From Candidatus Methylomirabilota bacterium (GTDB lineage: Bacteria > Methylomirabilota > Methylomirabilia > Rokubacteriales > DATEAO01): 29,956 nucleotides of DNA. The position numbers were made by a program, and so were the translations under genes. The stretch is from NCBI GenBank assembly GCA_035288345.1, contig DATEAO010000218.1, positions 1 to 29,956 on the forward strand, read 5' to 3'. A model generated the notes under the pieces. The model was given only the letters and a program-made list of their open reading frames with translations. It was not told the DNA's origin and did not search any database. Below, one piece after another: positions 25,384 to 29,956 of this stretch (its first letter is position 1; every line of letters starts with the position of its first letter).

Positions 25384-25662
25384 CTAGAATTCAGGGCTGG
25401 TCAGCTCGTCCCAGGCGCGGCGAACCACGATGACCCTCTCGGGACGGTCTATCGCGGGTTCCACCCTGATGATATCGCCGGGATTCAGGAGGTCGAGATC
25501 GCCGCGTGTCCCGTCATCAGCCACCACAACTGCTTCTCCGTGGCAGGTGAGGTCGCTGCACTGGCCTTCCTGCTGTTTGACCCGCAGACGACCGTTTTCT
25601 TTATCTATCGCCACGACGGTGAGGCGACTCTGCTGGAGCCAGTCCGTTAAGCTTTGTACCAT
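25384..25662 (-). CDS. Small hypothetical beta-rich protein
   Basis: 92 aa with AAGGGGG RBS and its own promoter candidate; L.PGDIIRVE suggests an OB/beta-barrel-like fold. Confidence 0.65.
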   Translation of the reverse strand: MVQSLTDWLQQSRLTVVAIDKENGRLRVKQQEGQCSDLTCHGEAVVVADDGTRGDLDLLNPGDIIRVEPAIDRPERVIVVRRAWDELTSPEF

Positions 25663-25763
25663 CGCTGAGTCCCCCTTTCTTGGAGCGTGAGGAGAACCTG
25701 GTCGGTACCGACTTACCGATAATCTTGTGAATCTTTTCCCGTACTTTGCCCTCTGCCAGCAAG

Positions 25764-25792
25764 AATGTACTCAGCCTGAAAAGGGGTGTCAA
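25764..25792 (-). promoter_or_regulatory. Sigma70 promoter upstream of the small gene and FDH operon
   Basis: TTGACA (25787-25792), 17-nt spacer, TACATT (25764-25769). Confidence 0.65.
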
Positions 25793-25855
25793 GGCAAAAT
25801 TTCTCGGCCCGCGCACCCCATCAAGGGGAACCGATCCCGGCGTGGGCTACTCCTC

Positions 25856-26161
25856 CTAATCGACCGATCGGTCAAATTTGGTGTATGCGGCAAGACGGGC
25901 GTCCAGTAATGCCCCGGCCTCGTCGAAGCGGCCTTCGCGGAGTAAGCCGACGATTTTCTGCCGAAGCGGGAGATCAACCAAGGTCCCACCGACCACAGGG
26001 TCGTAGAGCCTCCCCAGCTCGAGCAGGATGCGATCGACCCGAGTGACGTCCGAAAGGTTATTCCGAGCCTCCCGGAAAAGGTTTACCGCATGATCATCGC
26101 GTCTTCTGAACCTCAGGCCGGCTCGGTTGGAACGTGGGTCGCGATTCAGCTCTTCACTCAT
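25856..26161 (-). CDS. Hypothetical protein
   Basis: 101 aa, starts 5 nt after the truA stop, protein-like helical composition. Confidence 0.6.
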   Translation of the reverse strand: MSEELNRDPRSNRAGLRFRRRDDHAVNLFREARNNLSDVTRVDRILLELGRLYDPVVGGTLVDLPLRQKIVGLLREGRFDEAGALLDARLAAYTKFDRSVD

Positions 26162-26166
26162 AGCGT

Positions 26167-26952
26167 TCAGCGAGAATCCGCCAACCCTCTGACGGTCACG
26201 CGCGTTCCAGGTCCTCTCGGATAGAGAACCCGGAGGAGCACGAGCCCATGCGCGGGCGCCGTGGGACCGGCGAGGGTGCGGTCTTTGTTTAGCAGGAGCT
26301 CACCAATCCATTCGGGGGCGCGGCGGCCTTTCCCGATCTCCACCACGCTTCCGACAATGTTTCTCACCATGTGATGGAGAAAGCTATCAGCCGAAAAGAA
26401 GAGGCCAACAAACTGTCGTCGACTTCTGAGGTGAAGCGAGTGGATTCGACAGATCGGGCTTCGCCCTCGGCCGGGAGCGGCGCAGAATGCCGAGAAGTCG
26501 TGCTGGCCCCTGAGGAACGAGAGAGCCCGTGCCATTTGGCCGCGATCGAGCGGCTGGTTGACGTGCCAGCTCACGTGTCGAAAGAGGGGCGAACCTGTGG
26601 CATTGTTGTCGATCAAATAGAAGTAGCGCTTCGCCCTGGCCCATCGTCTCGCATCAAAGCCCTCCGCCGCCTCCTCCACCGTTGGAACACGTACGGTCGG
26701 GGGAAGAAGGCTGTTCAAGCCGGCGCGGATTGAGCGCAGAGGAAGAGCGCTGGCTGTCGTCACGCTAGCGACCTGCCCGAGCGCGTGGACACCGGCATCG
26801 GTTCGGCTCGCTCCTATCACTCTGACTGGCTCTTGAAGAACGCGCGTGAGGGATTCGGTGAGAACGCCTTGAACCGTGAGCTGATTCGACTGGCGCTGCC
26901 AGCCGCTGAACTCCCTGCCGTCGTACTGGATGACAAGCCGAAGGGTTCGCAT
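26167..26952 (-). CDS. truA: tRNA pseudouridine(38-40) synthase
   Basis: YDG..FSGWQ.Q, ASRTDAGVHA.GQ, HDFSAF, FLHHMVRNIVG, TAPAHGL.L. Confidence 0.96.
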   Translation of the reverse strand: MRTLRLVIQYDGREFSGWQRQSNQLTVQGVLTESLTRVLQEPVRVIGASRTDAGVHALGQVASVTTASALPLRSIRAGLNSLLPPTVRVPTVEEAAEGFDARRWARAKRYFYLIDNNATGSPLFRHVSWHVNQPLDRGQMARALSFLRGQHDFSAFCAAPGRGRSPICRIHSLHLRSRRQFVGLFFSADSFLHHMVRNIVGSVVEIGKGRRAPEWIGELLLNKDRTLAGPTAPAHGLVLLRVLYPRGPGTRVTVRGLADSR

Positions 26953-26958
26953 TGTTAC

Positions 26959-27070
26959 AGCACGGGCGCCCGGGCTTAAATCGAAGGGGGCACATCCCCC
27001 TCCGAGCCGTCCCCTGAGCTTGCGCGGGCAAAGCCCGCGCTCGGAATAGCAACGGTCGCCCGCCCGTGCT
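26959..27070. repeat. REP-like composite (family copy)
   Basis: TCGAAGGGGGCACATCCCCCTCCGA palindrome (26981-27005); GCGCGGGC-AAA-GCCCGCGC hairpin (27022-27040); 10-bp terminal inverted repeat AGCACGGGCG/CGCCCGTGCT. Confidence 0.7.
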
Positions 27071-27136
27071 CGCGTGCAGTCAAGCCCTTGTGCCTGCGGC
27101 TCGGCTTCGCCGCACTCGCGCGCACACAGGGTGGTG

Positions 27137-27478
27137 TCACCTTCTTGTGGTGCGGGGGCGTCCTTGGCGCCAAGATCCGGGGACCGTCACCATCCAGAGA
27201 ATCGCCACCAAGGCGAGTAAGAGGAGCTTCACAGTGGCCTGCCAGCTGAACTGGGTTTTGAGCTGAATCGGCGAGGTCGACTTCTGGAACTCCTCGCGGG
27301 CCTGATCTTTTGGCTCGTAGTGCGTGGAGCTGTAGCCCTGAAGCTTCGCCACGAAATCCGAGACCCACGGGACGGCGATGTAGGAAACGACCATCACCGT
27401 GAGGATCACATAGAGGTAAAACCACCCCCCACGATCCAACCAGTGCTTGAACCGGCGGTGGTGGCGGCGACTCCTCAT
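27137..27478 (-). CDS. Hypothetical membrane protein (2 TM)
   Basis: 113 aa with two hydrophobic segments; ATGA overlap with the asd stop. Confidence 0.7.
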   Translation of the reverse strand: MRSRRHHRRFKHWLDRGGWFYLYVILTVMVVSYIAVPWVSDFVAKLQGYSSTHYEPKDQAREEFQKSTSPIQLKTQFSWQATVKLLLLALVAILWMVTVPGSWRQGRPRTTRR

Positions 27479-28491
27479 GGGCGCGGTTCTTTCTGGATGA
27501 GCTGCTCAGCGATCTGGATCGCGTTGGTCGCAGCCCCTTTCCGAAGCTGGTCCCCGACGATCCAGAAGAGAAGGCCATGGTCGAGCGAGAGGTCTTCACG
27601 GATCCGTCCCACAAAGCAATCATCCTGTCCCTCGGCGAGGATCGGCATCGGATAGCGGTTCGCTCGAGGGTCGTCCCAGAGTCGGAGACCGGGGAAACCC
27701 TGGAAGAGCTCACGGGCCTTCGACGCGCTGACCTTTCGCTCGGTCTCGACGCGAACAGCAACGGAATGCGCGGTGAAGACCGGAACCCGAACCGTGGTCG
27801 GCGCAACCTGAATGGTCGGATCACCAAGGATCTTTCTCGTTTCATTCACGAGCTTCATCTCTTCTTTGGTGTACCCATTGTCAAGAAACGCGTCGATGTG
27901 AGGAAGGAGGTTGAAGGCGATCCGGTGAGGGAACACTCGGACTTCCATAGGCTCGCCTTTGGACCACGCCAACGTCTGACGGCGCAGCTCCTCAACCGCT
28001 TGGGCCCCGGCCCCTGAGACCGCCTGGTAGCTCGTCGCGACCACGCGCAGGATCCTGGCGTAGTTCTGGATCGGCTTCAGTCCCATGACCATCACGATCG
28101 TGGTGCAGTTCGGGTTCGCGATGATGCCACGATGCTGTCTGAGGTCGTGTGGGTTGATCTCCGGAACGACGAGCGGAACCTGTGGGTCCATGCGAAACGC
28201 GCTCGAGTTGTCGATGACGATCGCGCCGGCTCTCGCCGCCTTGGGAGCCCATTCTAGGCTTCGCGCCGCTCCTGCCGAGAAGAACGCGATCTCGACGCCT
28301 TGAAAGGTCTCTTCGCTGAGCGGCTCCACCCGGAGCGACTCGCCGGAAAAGGCGACCGATTTGCCGATCGAGCGCTCCGAAGCCACGCAGCGAAGCGCCT
28401 TGATCGGGAACTTCCGCTCTTCCAACAGCTTGAGCAAGGTCTGCCCCACCGCTCCGGTAGCGCCGACGATGGCGACGCGATAGTAGCTCAT
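27475..28491 (-). CDS. asd: Aspartate-semialdehyde dehydrogenase
   Basis: VGATGAVG, IDNSSAFR, PLVVPEIN, IANPNCTT, YQAVSGAG, RVPVFTAHS, DQLRKGAA. Confidence 0.97.
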   Translation of the reverse strand: MSYYRVAIVGATGAVGQTLLKLLEERKFPIKALRCVASERSIGKSVAFSGESLRVEPLSEETFQGVEIAFFSAGAARSLEWAPKAARAGAIVIDNSSAFRMDPQVPLVVPEINPHDLRQHRGIIANPNCTTIVMVMGLKPIQNYARILRVVATSYQAVSGAGAQAVEELRRQTLAWSKGEPMEVRVFPHRIAFNLLPHIDAFLDNGYTKEEMKLVNETRKILGDPTIQVAPTTVRVPVFTAHSVAVRVETERKVSASKARELFQGFPGLRLWDDPRANRYPMPILAEGQDDCFVGRIREDLSLDHGLLFWIVGDQLRKGAATNAIQIAEQLIQKEPRP

Positions 28492-28538
28492 TGCTGGAAG
28501 AGCACGTCAAGCTCTCTTACGATCAGGTCCCCCATCTG
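28486..28538 (-). repeat. Duplicate of the leuB 3' end (53 bp, copy of 28748-28800)
   Basis: 52/53 identical (A28519 vs G28781); encodes QMGDLIVRELDVLFQQ* and carries the ATGA overlap with asd. Confidence 0.95.
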
Positions 28539-28747
28539 CCTTCCTCGGAGGGGGGCACGCCCCCCTTCCGACCCTCCCCCAGGGTTGCGCGGGGCTCGCG
28601 TTCGCTCGCCCGTGCCATTGAGTTGCTCGCCTCGCCTCCGGCCGCAGCTCGCCCAACCACGCCCGCGCTCGAACGCGACAACGCATCCCAACGAGCCGAT
28701 GCCAAAACAACGCTGGAACTCATTACGTCAACTCAGATACGTAATAG
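28539..28747. mobile_element. 209-bp structured REP-containing insert between the two leuB-end copies
   Basis: TCGGAGGGGGGCACGCCCCCCTTCCGA (28545-28571), ATTACGT/ACGTAAT hairpin, AGTTGCTCGCCT module; no credible gene. Confidence 0.7.
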
Positions 28748-28749
28748 GC

Positions 28750-29838
28750 TCATTGCTGGAAGAGCACGTCAAGCTCTCTTGCGATCAGGTCCCCCATCTG
28801 ACTGGTTCCCACGAGGGTGGTGCCTTCCCGATAGAGATCCTTTGTGCGGTATCCTTTCTCCAACACTCTGACGACCGCGTGCTCCAGCCGCTCCGCCGCA
28901 TCCGGCATGCGAAAAGAATGGCGGAGCATCATCGCGCCGGAAAGAATCGCCGCGATCGGATTCGCGATCCCCTCTCCAGCAATGTCAGGCGCGGTGCCAT
29001 GCACCGGTTCATACAATGCGGTCGCACCTCCCAGGCTTGCCGACGGGAGCATCCCCATGGAGCCCGTCAGGACCGCTGCCTCATCGGAGAGAATGTCCCC
29101 GAACGTGTTTTCGGTGACGATCACGTCGAAGTCCCGGGGACGCGTGACCAGCTGCATGGCCGCGTTGTCCACGAGCAGATGCTGAAGCGCGACGTCCGGA
29201 TACCCCTTCCACACTTCCGTGATCACTTGACGCCAGAGCTGAGAGGTCACGAGCACGTTCTGCTTGTCGACAGAGGTCAGCCGTTTCTGCCGCTGACGCG
29301 CCACTTGAAAGGCCACGTGCGCCACGCGCTCGATCTCCTCAGTAGTGTAGCTCATCGTGTCCACCGCGCGCATCCCGGTTGCGGTCGGCTCGATTTTTTT
29401 TGGCTCGCCAAAATAGAGCCCCCCAGTCAGTTCTCTCACTACCAGGATGTCGGTGCCCTCGACCACGGATCGCTTGAGCGGCGAGGCGTCCACCAGCATG
29501 GGGAAACATTTGGCGGGGCGGAGGTTCGCATAGACATCAAGCGCCTTCCGAAGGCCCAAAAGGCCGCGCTCCGGTCGTTTGTCATTCGGCGCGTTGTCCC
29601 ACTTCGGGCCGCCCACGGCGCCGAAGAGCACGGCGTGGCTCTTCTGGCACAGCTTGAGCGTGGAATCCGGGAGTGGACTGCCGGTTCCGTCGATGGCAGC
29701 GCCCCCGACCAAGCCGTTCTCAAATTCAAACCCCACGCCCGCTTTCTTTGCAACCACCTTGAGCACCTTGACGGCCTCGCTGATGACCTCAGGGCCGATC
29801 CCGTCACCACCCAGCACCGCGATCTTATAGGTTGCCAT
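28750..29838 (-). CDS. leuB: 3-isopropylmalate dehydrogenase
   Basis: GDGIGPEV, GAVGGPKWD, ANLRP, RELTGGLYFG, DKQNVL, N.FGDILSDEA, EPVHGTAPDIAG. Confidence 0.97.
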   Translation of the reverse strand: MATYKIAVLGGDGIGPEVISEAVKVLKVVAKKAGVGFEFENGLVGGAAIDGTGSPLPDSTLKLCQKSHAVLFGAVGGPKWDNAPNDKRPERGLLGLRKALDVYANLRPAKCFPMLVDASPLKRSVVEGTDILVVRELTGGLYFGEPKKIEPTATGMRAVDTMSYTTEEIERVAHVAFQVARQRQKRLTSVDKQNVLVTSQLWRQVITEVWKGYPDVALQHLLVDNAAMQLVTRPRDFDVIVTENTFGDILSDEAAVLTGSMGMLPSASLGGATALYEPVHGTAPDIAGEGIANPIAAILSGAMMLRHSFRMPDAAERLEHAVVRVLEKGYRTKDLYREGTTLVGTSQMGDLIARELDVLFQQ

Positions 29839-29841
29839 CGG

Positions 29842-29907
29842 TCAGGACACCTTCAGGCCTTTCCTTTTGGCGACGTGTTTCGTCAGGCCGCCGGCTGCCA
29901 TGATCAA
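29842..29907 (-). pseudogene. leuD: 3' stub of an isopropylmalate isomerase small subunit (LeuD-like C-terminus) directly after a REP
   Basis: LIMAAGGLTKHVAKRKGLKVS* resembles the I..AGGL..Y end of LeuD/homoaconitase small subunits and sits upstream of leuB; the in-frame upstream sequence is REP DNA, not LeuD. Confidence 0.55.
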
Positions 29908-29949
29908 CCTCGGAGGGGGGCATGCCCCCCTTCCGAACTTCCCCCCCAG
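29908..29949. repeat. REP-like palindrome (family copy), possibly truncated by the window edge
   Basis: CCTCGGAGGGGGGCATGCCCCCCTTCCGA is 28/29 identical to 28543-28571, with a similar TCCCCC(CC)AG tail. Confidence 0.85.
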
Positions 29950-29956
29950 AAAGCTT

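Noticed and set aside
28491-28871. 126-aa plus-strand ORF and 67-aa minus-strand ORF across the insert as real proteins
   Set aside because: Composed of REP sequence and duplicated leuB end; only the stub mini-ORF is retained as a hypothesis
29951-29956. AAGCTT (HindIII site) at the window end as a cloning junction
   Set aside because: Cannot be distinguished from chance; noted only as a caveat for the leuD prediction

Overview
GC-rich bacterial chromosomal segment in which every recognisable gene lies on the minus strand. Taxonomy is inferred only, not shown: gene order and repeat style suggest Methylomirabilota/Rokubacteria-like. In transcription order (right to left): a leuD-like 3' stub, leuB, asd, a membrane hypothetical, truA and two small hypotheticals. 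Next comes a Tat-exported selenocysteine formate dehydrogenase operon (fdnG[UGA=Sec]-fdnH-nrfD-fdhD-fdhE) and a Rossmann-GAFx3-HisKA-HATPase-REC hybrid kinase. A heme cluster (ccsA/hemX-hemA-hemC-cobA/hemD-hemB...hemL) is interrupted by a sulfur module (cymR-like-cysK-sulfur carrier-JAMM protease). It is followed by three small accessory genes, glpX, an MFS transporter, and a DUF4160/DUF2442 pair ending in a degenerate attC, next to a tyrosine-recombinase remnant. The most unusual signals are non-coding. (1) A REP-like palindrome at both the leuB/asd and leuD/leuB junctions is followed by a stub of the upstream gene's 3' end; at leuB this is a demonstrable 53-bp duplication. Each stub forms a mini-ORF abutting the next gene. 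(2) A modular REP/MITE family has one covarying hairpin. (3) Three different 7-nt-period inverted-repeat hairpins each start 1-2 nt after a stop codon. No rRNA, tRNA or CRISPR array was seen.
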